A stretch of 55,845 nt of DNA from Aplysia californica (Eukaryota): the NCBI RefSeq assembly GCF_000002075.1, contig NW_004797592.1, forward strand, positions 80,759 through 136,603, given 5' to 3'. Made by a program: the position numbers and the translations under genes. A model generated the notes under the pieces. The model worked only from the letters and a program-made list of their open reading frames with translations. It did no database searches and was not told the origin of the DNA. Of this stretch, positions 21,747 through 35,100 are shown piece by piece; the first letter of the stretch is position 1; each line of letters starts with the position of its first letter.

Positions 21747-22292
21747 ATTTCTCCGAACGCTCGGGAAAGTAAACTTGAACTCTATTTCTTCAAGCGGTTT
21801 CCATTCTCGAGATTTTTTGTTTATTTGCGAATGGAGTGGCCTGCGTGTGAGTGTGTGTGTATATATAATTATATGAGGGGAGGGGGGGCTGTTGGAGGGC
21901 ATGGGGGTGTTTATGGATATTTTTGTGAATTAGTTTTTGCTTTAGGGGTGACTAAATGCAAAATAGGTTACTTCCAAAGTTGAGCAGTCTTGTTTCCCCG
22001 CAGTACCTTTTGTCAAGGCATTTTCAAATGAAGTATTTGTAGGCTTAATAGTCCAGGAACGTTGCCCCAACCACAATAATTGAAATATCTGAAAATTCAG
22101 ACTAAAAGTCTCTAGCTCTAGAAATTGAATCCGATGCATAAACCAAAAAAAAATACTTCTTCCCAGTCCTCGCAGAATGGCAAAATAAAATATGACGCTG
22201 ACGAACTCTCGCAAATAACCAAAAAATCTCGAGAACAGAAACCGTTAGGGGAAATAAAGGTCAAATTTATTTTCTCGAGCGTTCTGAGAAAT
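21747..22292. repeat. Inverted repeat with about 85-bp arms (MITE-like)
   Basis: 21747-21830 is the reverse complement of 22209-22292. Confidence 0.6.
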
Positions 22293-22327
22293 TGTCACTT
22301 CGTTAATTTTAATATACTTTAAGCCCT

Positions 22328-22582
22328 TGGTCGCTTTTAAGGACAAGCGGCCTAACCCAGATATCGAGGGTTTCCAGAAATCTTGACCTTCGCCTAAAGT
22401 GGACATTGCCATACCTATTATAGGAGAAGTTTGGTTTCATTGGTTTGTATATATTTGTTTGGTATATAGAGAAAACTCTCCTTGTCTTCTAAAGAAACTG
22501 AATAAGGGGCAAAAATTTTACCTCCGATTTTCTCAAAACAACATTTTTCGGAATAGCCCCTTTGTGCTTTTAAAAGCGACCA
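22328..22582 (+). mobile_element. MITE with TGGTCGCTTTTAAG TIRs
   Basis: tggtcgcttttaag...ttaaaagcgacca; the same terminus recurs at about 19713-19790. Confidence 0.75.
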
Positions 22583-23637
22583 TATATAGCCAGCTCTATT
22601 CGGACTTGAATCCCAGTAGATTTTTTATCTATTTAAAGTCAGAATATGGGTTTTATCTATTCGGACTCGGGTCCGAAAAAGAAGGTTTTTTTATTCGGAC
22701 TCGGCTTCTAAGTGAGTTAAATGTGAGTGTAAGAAGGAACCTTACCTGATATAACTGTCGTTGGGGGATTTTACGTAAAATCAGAATTAGAACTAGAATT
22801 TCCTACTATAGGACTGTGTAATTGTGTCGAAAGTCAAAAGACTGCACTCTCATTGCCCATTGATGGCAGTGTCTAAGTACAACTCAGGTTCTTTCCACCA
22901 CCACTACAGCATCATCAGCACTTCCACCACCATGATATGACGTTTTCTCGAAACGTCATTTTTCTATAATTTTTTTAATAACTATCAGACCCTACACTTC
23001 AAACATTTATATTACGTCTTTGACAGGCTATCTCCACTCTAAAAATGACCATGGCTTTGTTTCCATTCATATAGAGCTTCTATCACAATGTGGGGGTGAC
23101 TGACATTACAGTCCATTACAGCTCAGAAAGTATCTCACATAACTTCACTAAATTTTTTACGAAGCGAAACAATTAATCTTCTCAGATCTTTGCATACCAA
23201 GAGAATCTAAAAGTCCATTCATAAAAGTCAGTGCGAACTAAGATTCTGACACGTTTACTTTGATGTTAGCTTAAAGTGGGTAAAAAAAAAAAGTAATAGA
23301 AGGGGATTTGTTGCAAACACCTAAAACATATATGTCTAGACAAGCCTTTCATTGACCAGTTGCCGGGGAATGGGGAATGGCTATGATTGTGACTCGTCTC
23401 CTGTACCTCTGTTGACTTCCACACCCCAAAACACTTGTGCTTAACCCCTACCCCCGCTAAAAAAATCCACTCAGACACACGTACGAACCACCCAACCAAC
23501 TTCTCTTGACCTTGGCACACATTTTAGAAACGTCATATCTTACACACGTGTCAACGACGCACGTGCTGGTGTAAAAAAAGGCTTCTGATTGGATGCATAA
23601 TATAAGACGTACACAAAGGCTAGGCCAAGTGTGTAAT

Positions 23638-24040
23638 ACCCCCGGGGCGGTGCCACTGACTGAAGTCTCATTAGGTCATTCCCAAAGAGAGGACATTAAC
23701 CTGTTCTTATGCACTGTAGAATTGTAAATGGGCTAATTTATCAATGTCATGCTCATAACTGTGCCTGAACTGCAACAGGGAACTGCTGCTTTTTCCTTCC
23801 TGATCTTTACTATCGGCATTAATCCTCTACTTCTTTTGTACGTTTGTCACACTCTTGTGACCCTCTATTTCCGGGGTGCATTGATAGTAGTTGAAGCAGA
23901 GTTTGTACTGTTGAAGCTAGAGAGGTGAGCAGAGTAAACCTGATTCCCTGTGAAGACTTCTCTGTAGACATCCACCTCTTGGTGCTCATGTGACCTTATG
24001 CAGTTGTGAGCGCCGTAAAATTTCTTCTGAAGCTAAAACT
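23638..24040 (+). mobile_element. 400-bp non-autonomous retroelement (no tRNA head) with the shared hairpin tail
   Basis: TSD aagtgtgtaat (23627-23637 and 24041-24051); second copy at 38463-38866. Confidence 0.8.
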
Positions 24041-24879
24041 AAGTGTGTAATGTTCCATGGTGCTAGTGCAATCGATGGTCTCTTAAAATAGAGTAGATAA
24101 GGTTCGTTGCGACTTTGTTGATTCCCAGTTTGCTCATTTATATGTTCGTTGAATCCGAGTTATTTTGTTGAATAAAAGATCCGGGGAATCTGTCCCCATT
24201 TCGTTGAATCCGAGTTCGTTGAACCCGAGTTCCACTGAATTGCCGTCACCAATTTTTAAGTATAGAATGCTGCACAGGCCCTTTTCAAGATAGTGTGCTG
24301 TAGGGAAAAGAATCAAGATAAACTAAACACATTCTCTAGATGAGTTTCAGAGTCAAATCTTATTTTTAGTAGGTGCCCCCCACCCCATTTCCATTAGGTC
24401 TTTAGACAAATCGACAAATTATGACAGTTGCCCTTTGTGGGTAATATAATGGTTTGTCTTTATAGGAATATGCTCTGCAAAGTAAAAATTTGTTATTGAA
24501 TTTAAGTTTTTCCTTCACCTTGCTGTCCTGATGGCTACCACGTCAGTTTTATTTCAACAATACAGTTTCTTATATTTGATTCATTTTTATCTCATAGAAG
24601 AGGCTCTTATTTACAGCATAGTTCTTTTGGTATGTATAGATCACACTACATACGCTCAAACTCAATTATTTTTTACAAGCATTCTCCATTTGTGTAATCA
24701 AGTTCAAGAGGACTAATTTTTGGTTTCAGTATATTAATGTGAGATAAATGTCATGTTCAATTTCATCTTTATGCTGCAGGAGTAATCAAAGAAGTAGAGC
24801 AGAATTCGGAAAAAGGTTCTAGGAGGAAGACTTTGTTTGGCTGAACAAGTCAGTTCTTCTGTGAGAACTGCATACAACT

Positions 24880-25200
24880 ATGGCTGCAGCTTCCACTTCA
24901 AGCCCTCCAGCCCCAGACTCAGCAAGTCTGCCATCTCAGTCCTCCATGACCAATGGGTCAAATTACAGTCACAGCAATTCACAAAATACCAGCAAACGTG
25001 ACAATCCGTATGATCCAGAAGAACCTGATATTGTTGCTGTTGAAAATGTTGACAGTTTGAAAATGTCAAGAGGAGTGAGACCGGAGGCAGAAATAAACTG
25101 GGAGATGCTGAATGAACAGTTTGTGTTTGATGAAATGGGGAACAAGATTAGATTCACAGATATCTTCAAAAAGCAAAAGACAATTGTGCTGTTTGTGAGG
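24880..25200 (+). CDS. PRXL2C: PRXL2C-like coding exon 1
   Basis: Ser-rich N-terminus, then VFDEMGNKIRFTDIFKKQKTIVLFVR; donor AGG|gtaagt; acceptor tgctgcag near 24779. Confidence 0.88.
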
Positions 25201-28200
25201 GTAAGTTCTACATGACACCATATCAAAAGATTAACCTTTGGTCTTGGATACTTTTGATTTAATTATGTTATTCAAGACAGAAATGTGTTTGCATTCTATT
25301 TATTCTAGATATAATATGATCATTTGCTTACATTCTGTCTTGTTAACATTCTCATTTCAGCCTTAATTAAAAGAAACTATTATGTCAATTCTTATCGAGA
25401 ATCCTAAAATAGGACCATCTCTTGTTCATTCAGTCAAGTATTGAGTTGGGGCAGAAAGTTAAGCTGGTCGTGGGCACCGTAAAACGTATTTCAGATAGGA
25501 CAACAGTTGACTTCTGCTGCGTGTACATGAAAGTCATGTACAGTAGAATGTGTCAAGCACTTCTTTGTTGAAATAGATACAGTCAACTCCACTTTTGTTG
25601 AACTCACTTGAGTTTATCTTCAGTTAGGGTGATCTTTAACTCTGGTCTCAGCACTTCTTCTTCTTTAAACATTTGTTAAAAATCAAACAGTTATCATGTT
25701 GAGTTCAACACGCTTGAGTTTCCCCAAGCTACAAGTATGCAACAGTTGTATTGATTTGAAATTCTTTTTGCGGGTGTATCTTCGGAGGTTTCCAATAAGT
25801 TTTGAAACGTGATACTTAACGTAGAAAAAAAAACTGTTTGCCTCGAGCCGATCAACATTGATAGGCCATAATACAGGGCCTACCTCCTCAATGAAATGGT
25901 GAGTGGAGTGCAAGAGCGTGTGTGTGTGGCGTCACGATGCAATTTTTAGTGTTGCTTCCCCTCCCATCTAGGCTCATGGCCAAAGGGTTGTACACTACAA
26001 GGAAATGAGTAATACAGTAAAACCTCATTATAATTTATAAACATCCTCGGCTCAAAACATACTTTGGACTGTAACTCAGTGCAACATTCACTTTCTGAAG
26101 TCCTGAGTCCCAGTTAGAACCTTTAATCTTCAAAAGCTGTCTAAAACGTACCTGTTTTTCAGTAATAGTGTACAAGGGATTTTAGTGGTCCAGCGTTTGT
26201 TTTTAACAGACATCGGTGGCCTACTTAGTGAGAATAAAGGATATGGCAGAAAGCAAACTTTTATCCTACTCAAGAATGCAATGTAATCTGCTGCAGTGAG
26301 AGGGCGAGTTTGTTTTAGGTTTTTTTCAGAGGCACATCATGTTAGTACACATGTGTTATTATTTTTGCCGTGAGTGAATGCTTGCAACCACCNNNNNNNN
26401 NNNNNNNNNNNNNNNNNNNNNNNNNNNNNNNNNNNNNNNNNNNNNNNNNNNNNNNNNNNNNNNNNNNNNNNNNNNNNNNNNNNNNNNNNNNNNNNNNNNN
26501 NNNNNNNNNNNNNNNNNNNNNNNNNNNNNNNNNNNNNNNNNNNNNNNNNNNNNNNNNNNNNNNNNNNNNNNNNNNNNNNNNNNNTTATCAAGTGAATAAA
26601 TATTGCTCAGTAACTCTTCCTGTTGCCACCATTTTTACCGCAGTACTAACTTTAAAGTAAGCAGGGGAAAAAATTATGCTATATCCCTTTTGATTTTGTT
26701 GTCTTGACGGTTAAGATAAGACGTTGAAGACGTTGAACTTCAGATTTGTTTGTTCACTCTCTCGACCTCATCAACTCATCCATAGTCAACTATATTTAGT
26801 TCTTTGGTTTTTCCCTTTGACATCGTCATTGAGGTAAAGAGAACTGCCTGTATTTTCTGCTTAGGAAATTTAGTTGCCTAGAGAGCCATTCCCACTGAAA
26901 ATAGGTTCCACTTTGGCACAGAAAGGACAAAATAAGCATGGTTTAGGAAATTGAATCTGGTATGATCAAATTTGTCTCCCTTCAAACAAATATATAATAT
27001 CAATTGCAGTGACCATGGCACTAGCTTAACAAATACACACTAGCTTTACTCTTTGAAGACGAAGCGGACACATACATCCGATCAGCAGCAGCAGCCCAAA
27101 GCTTATAATGCTGCACATTTCCAACCTTTATACACAAGAAACACGAATTTGCATTTCGTAGCACGCACATTATTGGCTGCCTTTTTAAGTTTAAGGTAAA
27201 GAACACAAAATTGAAATATCTGAATGAATTAGGAAGTTATGGATTTTGTTTTTTAAGTATCCCAAAATAACGCGTCTTCAGCGGTGAAAAATTGGGCGTC
27301 GTCAATGAGTTAACAATTAATAAAGTCCAAACCACAAAGGAAAACTACAAGGATGTCTCATCTCCTGGTTTCATTTATTAGCAAAATGATACTGCGTAAC
27401 ATCAGTGTTATTGAATGAGTCAAGGTAGGCTTACACAATACATAAACAACCTACAGTACACGGACAATACAGTCTTGACAGCTGATTCTGAGTCCAATCT
27501 CCAGGAGATTCTTACTAGAGGGACAGAGAAAAGTGAAGAGAAGGTGCTATAACTCAACTGAATGAACACCAAGATATGGAGTGCATAGTGATCTAAAAAA
27601 GTACAGACATCCCAGAACACAACATCGCTCGTGTAAGAAGGAAAGAATGAAACAAGTCTACTGTTTTAAATAAATACCTTGGTTGCACAATATGATACGA
27701 GATAATAATAATGATAATGATGATGATGATAATAATAATAGTGATAAAAATAATTGTAAATCTCATGGACAAAGGGGAATAAAGAAATATATGGCGAGAA
27801 GTGGTCTAAATGGCAGGTTGTGAAAAATCTTATAATCAGAACCATGAGAAAGAAACAGCTGAGTTTCTTTGGCCACATATTTATAAATCCAAATGGATTT
27901 GAGAAACTGATGCTGTGTGGAAAATAACGGGAAGGAATAAAAGAGAAAAACAAAGAACAATATTCACAAATATCCTCAACAATTTTTTAGCAGACAACAC
28001 AAGGAGAAAAACCTACTGCTGGTCAGGAAGGTTGACATTAGGAAGGAGTGGGATATCATGACCATCAGAGCCTGCTTCAGTCCTGATACCTGAAGAAGAT
28101 GAAGGAAACCATGGCACTGGAGATAAACATTAATTAATTGTTCCAACACACTATGTTTTCTTTGTCCCTTTATGAACTGGTGGTAAGATATTCATCAAAT

Positions 28201-31200
28201 AGACTGGCGTCTGTGGTGTAGCATTTTGGCACTTTGCTGTTGCGCGCAGAAGACTCGAGTTCAATTTACAATTTATGAGCATTTTTTAATCGAGTATTTC
28301 GATCTTTCTGTTGGGATGATGTATGATTATGTATCCCTCTCAGCCAGGGTGGCCCTGACAAGTAGAAAGAATAGTGACTTCCCTCTCAAATAACTTTGCT
28401 TCTGATCTATTCCTTTAAAAAAAAAACGACCTATCTGTATATGTATATATATATGTAGATAGAGAGAGAGAGGTTTTTATTTGTATCAATATAATACTAC
28501 CTCCTCTTTGAGAATTGTAGATGCAAGTGTATTTTGTGCAATTTTAGATACATCCTCATAATTTTTTAATTTATTTTCCCAGCACTTCTTAGACTTCATT
28601 GCAAAAGAATATGTTGAAGGTAAGTACCATTGTGGGAAAGTTTTTGTGTGCTACTTCTTGCCTGGCTTCACTTTTTCACCAATTTTGTGCCTTTTAGATG
28701 CCATGCTCCATCAGCTTGCTTGGGGTTACTTGGCCCAGAATCAACTTTGCTGTTGTACGTTAAGAAATTGGATTTTCGTCAAGTATTGAAACGGTATAAC
28801 TTACTCCCCATCCCACACAGCAAACCATTATGCTGATGTACTGAAAGCTCAATGTTTTCTAAATGTATTCTTTGTTGGAGTAGTTATTTTCTATGCCTTA
28901 GTTTTTGTTCTGGACACATGTGTTGTAGAGTATCCGATTTGTCTTTTTTTATAGTCACATTCACCTAAATACATGATCGTTTATTTAGTATCGGCATAAT
29001 TGATCTCTTCAAAACAAATTGTTTATTTAAAATCGGCATAAGTGATCTCGTCAAAACGATTGTTTATTTAATATCAACTTGGTTGCTCTTTTCAAAACCT
29101 GTATTGAACTGATTGCGAAATCATGTTGTTTTCCATGAAAAGTTTTGAATCTGCACAGGTAATAATTATAGTAATAGTAAAGTTATATAATAGAAGAAAA
29201 ATGCACACCTGCATTTTTGACAAAATAGGCTTGGTGCTGGCTCTGTTTCACCATGGAATGCACAAGAGAAATACACTTGGTGTTTGTTCATGAATTTTAC
29301 CATGTCTTTGGCAGCCTGTATACAACTGAGAAAGATTTACTGCAATTAAAAACAAAAAAACGGTTCAAGTACATGGGCAGAGGTATGCTTCTTGTGCATG
29401 GGATATTTTTTAAAAACTGCTGTCTCCTGCATGTGACAGCAAATCCCCTAACAGCTATACCACAGACACCTGTGAAGTTATCCTTGAAAACACCAAAAAA
29501 TTACATACATTCATAAGCAAATGCATTTTAAAAAGCAACAAAAGAAAAGGTTTTGTTTTCTAAAAGACAGGAAAACATTAAAAACGTCTTCTATGTTACA
29601 TTTATGCCTTGACTCAAATTCTATGTCTGGATTGGCCTGTGTTATTATGAATTTTGCATTTTTCAGAGCTGCTATTGTCAAACGGCAAATCTAGGTAGGA
29701 CGTGTTAGAATTTCATCTCTTACTCAGAAAGTTATTTTAACTGCTTTCTTTAAGCAGTGTGTGATGCCATATAAGCAGACAAGAGTTTAGATTGTCCATA
29801 AAAACATTGCTTGATGTCAGAATCTACTGAGGAACTCCATACCAATAGAGCCAAGGTTTGGACACTGCAAGTGCTGAAGATAACCAATATTGTTGGGGTT
29901 AGGTTTCAGTCAAAATGATAGCATAGATTTCAAAGCAGGAGGTTTGTTGGGGGTCCACCTTTGACACCAGGAAAGGGAATAATTTTCCTTTCTTGGCTAA
30001 AAGTATGCTTCACACAGAAAGGCAAATTGTGGAGTAAGCATCTTTACTAAATTCTAGAAAAAAACACAGAAAAGCAATGAGAGCTATGTTCATGAATCAC
30101 TTTCGAAGCTTGAATGTCCCTGGAGACTGTAAATATAAATTTTTGGTGTTATTGATCAACGTTTTTCAGTAATATCTAACTAGAAATTTGTTTTCAATGA
30201 CATAGAAGATGTTGAGCCTCAAAGGGAGAAATTTATTTTAAAATTGCCTAACAAGCGGAAAAATGTCATTTTCTTCTAATTCATTATAAATTTAGACGAA
30301 CACCTGATTTCACCACGGTGCCCCACATTTTTCTTTGTATATAATATCAATATTATATCAACATTATTATAATATGACTATCCACTTTATTTTTAGCACT
30401 GATATTTTGTAAATACTCCACGTTCCAATCATGATTTAATGGATAGGATGCATTAGTCAATATCAGTAATCGGTTTGAAGAGACATGAACTTGTTATATC
30501 CTTAGATGATTTCTTTAGGCAAAATTATGAAACACACATACAACCTCATGTCCATTATGCTTTCATTGAACAGATGTGGCCATCATTCCTCTGGAGTATC
30601 TTCAGGTGAGCCTCACAGAATCATGAGTGAACAGCTGAATATATATATATCATATATGAGGGGCACAATGATGTTTTTTTTGCAATTCCAAGAAAATTGA
30701 AAAACAAACTTTAAAGAATTATAACTCTTTTTCTGCTACAATGATCTCCCCCTGCTTACATTGACTTGAAGTATGACCATTTGTGTTGACAATGAGAAAT
30801 TTTCACAGTCCTTGTGTTATGGGTATTTCAGTGAGAGCAAAATAGAAAAGGTATGTAGCAAACTGACGGCGCTGGTTTTTTCCTTGTCAGCTGTTGGCAA
30901 GGTCTCCATCTTCTAGGAAGTCAATAAATCGTGAGCGTCTTTACTCATATGTGAATACAAACAAAACTAAATGATTCAAACAAGAAAATTGCACACCATT
31001 TTGTTATATTTACTTTGTTGTTTTTTAAAATAATTTTATTTAATACTCATTTTTGTATGACGACTCATCGCTCTAGTGTGATGGAAGTTTGTCTTCCAGC
31101 ATGGTGCAATTCAGAGAAAAGCTGATGAGCCAGAACACCTTTAAGACATTCATGTCTGCATATTTGGCAGCTTTGATAGTCAACGGGCTCTTATAGAGGG

Positions 31201-32094
31201 GTTTCAGGGGCTGGAGTCTTGCAGCGCACTTCTTTTCCACCGGCGGCATAATGATTGCGGTGTCTAACGGACCATTCCAGCTCTCTCTATACTGCATGAG
31301 CTGTGGATGGGCCTGTGAGATGTAAATTTCAAGCAGAGGTCGAGTAGGTATAAGGCAGGAGACACAGTAGTATGGTTTAATCTTTTCTGACGCATTCTGG
31401 AATACGGATTATGTCATCCCCACTATCTGGAACAACGAGGGTTTCCGAAGGGCTGTCTTGAATTTGCTCTACCCAACTGGCTGGCATATCTACAGAGACC
31501 TTCTCATTCACCCTATCGCACTCCATGTAGCTGTGGCCTCTCACTGGAAACAAGATTTTCACTTTTCCGGACCTTTCCTGGTGAACAACAACACGATTTG
31601 GTAGAGAAACCAGATTGCCATCCAGTTCTTGTCTGCACGAATCACTTCAACCGGCAGAATGTGTAGAAAGTAATGTAGCAGCATGCTGGCCACATCATCT
31701 CTACCCTTTTTGCTGACTGTCTCGTACCAGTGCAGGTGTACTATTTCATCACTTACAAGATTTTAAAGGAAAAGAGAGATATCTGGCAACAATTGTACAA
31801 ATCGTTTGCTGGGATGTGTTGGGCAGCCCAAGTTCTTCGAAAAAATCAAAGGTTAGCTCAACATGGGTGCTCGATGAATGATTTCCCCATTTAGCAGGGC
31901 ATATATATATAAGACCAATGCAGGGTTTCAGCACGGTGCGATGTCGTGTCCTTGGGAAAGGCACTCTACATGGATTTTTTTATTTGGCTCGGTCTTTAGG
32001 TGGTTCAGAATCATTTTGTTAATATTATATATGTCTATATAATATATATATAGTGGTTCAGAATCATTTAAAGTTAATATTATATGTATACATG

Positions 32095-32144
<50 letters not shown>

Positions 32145-35100
32145 TATGTGTGTGTGTGTGACGTTGTAGTGGCATCAGGCGCTGGTCAATATTTTTGGGC
32201 ATATGGGGTTATTGTTGTCATCTTAAAACCTGTTTATTTGTCTTCCTGTTGGTGAAAAAATATCCATCTATGTTGAATACTTTACTTTTACTTTTTCAAC
32301 CTCTGTTGCCGTTAAACGTCGAAGGGAGATGCAGTTTTCTATGGTAGGCCAACTCCGCTGCTCTTTCAGTTGTGATATTATGTTTTTTCAGGGTTTCCTT
32401 GACACCTTTGATCCTTCTTTTGCGCTGTCTTTCTCTTCCTTTATAGCCTGAGTGCTTGGTGTTGTAGGCTCTTGGGGCTGGCTGGCCAGATGACATACAT
32501 AAAAGGTGGCCAAACCGTTTTGTTCTCTATCTTTCTATGTAATGCAGGTAGGACTCAATGCCAATATCTGCTCTTACTTATTCATTTCTCTGCCTGTCTC
32601 GTCTTGTATCTATGTTGAATAGAAGTTAAAATATTTGCGATTGAAGAAGATCAGGGTCGCTGGTTTAAGAGGTAAAATAAGCGAGAAAATCTCTGCCAAA
32701 GTTTGATAACTGCCAATGCCTGACAGTCCTTGGAAATTGAAAATTTACATTTTTTGTGCTTTTAATCAATGTTTTTCTGTGAAAGCCACATAAAAATGGG
32801 ATTTTAAAAGGACATAAAAGGTGTTGAGCCAAAAAAAGAAAATAAGAAAAAAATTGCCCATTTCATTGATTTCATTATTTTGACAAGCGCCTGATTTCAC
32901 CACGATTCCTCACATATAGTTTTAGATATATATGAATTTTTTTATTGTTTCTTTGTTTGATTTTGGAGGTCATACGTGTAACTTTTTTCATTTTGTAATC
33001 AACATCTGGATCTCATAGTGGCAGAAAGAGCAAGCAGGTTATGTAGTGAAAGTGACCAAGTATAGAGGTTTATTTTCCAATTTCTTGCCCTTGATGCTGG
33101 TGTTGAAGTAATAGTGGCGCTGTACCAGTTTCACTATGCGCTCTGGATGGGGGGAGGGGGGGGGGGGTTGTCTTTAAAAACCAATACTAGTGAGGGGCTG
33201 TGAATAAATTTGTTGCCTTGACATTCTTGAATTTCCAGATTCCTCATTTGAAATTTTATAGGCCTCTTTCTATTCCAGAATGCAGATGTGCGACTGGTTG
33301 TGATAGGACCTGCCCCTCATAACTACATTAAGGTGAGCATGTGTGGGGTACATATGCTCTGTGGTGGTGGTGGGGGGGGGGGGTTTCTCCTTTTCTCTCA
33401 AAGTACATGACATTATAATATTTCTCTGTTGAAATGAAAGTCAGTGTACGTTGTAAGTTTTACCAAGTGAAAAGCTTTATGGTGGCTTAAGTCTAGCCAC
33501 TTGTTTATCATGAAAAACACATGATTTAAAAGGATGTAACAGGCTCTTTTTTTTAAACTTGTTTCAGAATTATGAAATGGAAGTGTGATTTGCCTCTATA
33601 GAAAATTGTGATTTGACATGGGTAAATTATGTTTATGTTACCTTACACCTTGTCTCTCAGGCCTTCAAGGAACTGACAAAACTTCAGTATACGTTATATG
33701 TAGACCCTGAACGTCTTGTGTACAAGGCTATGGGCTGTAAGGAGACGATAGCACCTGGAGGTCTGGCAAGTAAGTGTTGCATTTCTTTTTATTTATATGT
33801 CTAAATTTGTCTTACTTTTGCCTCACAGAAGTGACTTTTTGAGGGGGGGTTTTTAGAATACATGGATTACACATAATGTGGGAAAGCTTTCATTATACAG
33901 TGGTCCATGGCTTTTACAGGATGGCAAGGACCAACATAATATTGTTATTATAGCGTAATCCTATTATTGTTGGTGATCATGTTTACGTGCACTATAACTT
34001 AAGATTAACAAATGAGATCATTTTTATTATTTAGATTACCCACTACCAATCTATCCTTTATTTCTCCTTATTTTCCAGTGATATTTTTTCTCCTTATAAC
34101 ACTGGTCATCGCATGTTTTGCAGCATGAGATTCAAGACTTGATTTAACGGGAGGAGCGACCCTCAGTTTTGCTGATTTTGGGTTGAGGAATGCAAATTGA
34201 TATGTTGGCTGAATTTTGAAGATCAACCAGTTCTTTGTCTAAAAATAGCAAGGAGACAATTGAGAAAGTCTTTATTTTCGTCGTACTTTGCCTTTGAAAA
34301 CATGAGGGTGGGTCAAAGTATAGTGAATTTTCACAATAATTGTCGTTTTTCTCAAAATGTAATTTTTTTTTGCAGTTTTTCTGCTGCCTTCTTTTTCTTT
34401 ACTGCATCAACACACTCCCCAGAGAGCCAGATCTTGTTCTTTTGGGGTTTTGGAGATGTTTTTGTGTGTGCAGCCGATATTTTCACGACCTGTCGTGAAA
34501 AAAAATTGTACTTTCGTTTTTATGACATGTGAAAAAAAAAGGCAATGCGTGTTTTCACGACATGCCAAAGACCACAGAGGTCTAGGCCTATTAGCTAAAA
34601 TACAAATTTTTTGGGGGTAGATCTAGATCTAGTTTCCGATTTTTGACCTGTTCTTCCGCCATTCCGATTAAGGTGTCAAAACTACCGGATTTGCGATGGG
34701 TGCCAAGAGTGATTCCAACTTTCCTTTCGAAACTCGTAACCTACTTCCCGAAATTCTGTACTTGCCGCATCATCATCTATGCCGCAACATGTGTTTTAAA
34801 AAACTTGAGAGAGAGAGAGAGCACTTGCCTTTCTAGCTTCTTGGACGGTAGATCTGGAATCTCAATATGTTGTAGTTGTAGGCCTATTTGCGCGCTCCCG
34901 ACCATTGTCCCAAAACTTTTTACGAAAAGCCCTCTATGCGTTGTGAAATCTTCAACCCACAACTCAGGTGTCAAAAGATGCTGGAATGAATAATACTTCT
35001 GGAGGTTTCAGCCTGTAGTTTTTATTTTATCTCGTTGTAAAAATTGCTTTGTTTTCAAAAGCAAATATTTCCAGTTCTACAGCATCAATTTTCACACGAA

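Noticed and set aside
22596-24240. Short recurring motifs (tattcggactcg x3; gttcgttgaatccgag x3) as CRISPR-like arrays
   Set aside because: Too short and irregular, with no cas genes; they resemble MITE subterminal repeats.
28583-28619. Selenoprotein (UxxC) version of the PRXL2 family
   Set aside because: No in-frame TGA at the motif; the codons are GAC and GCA.
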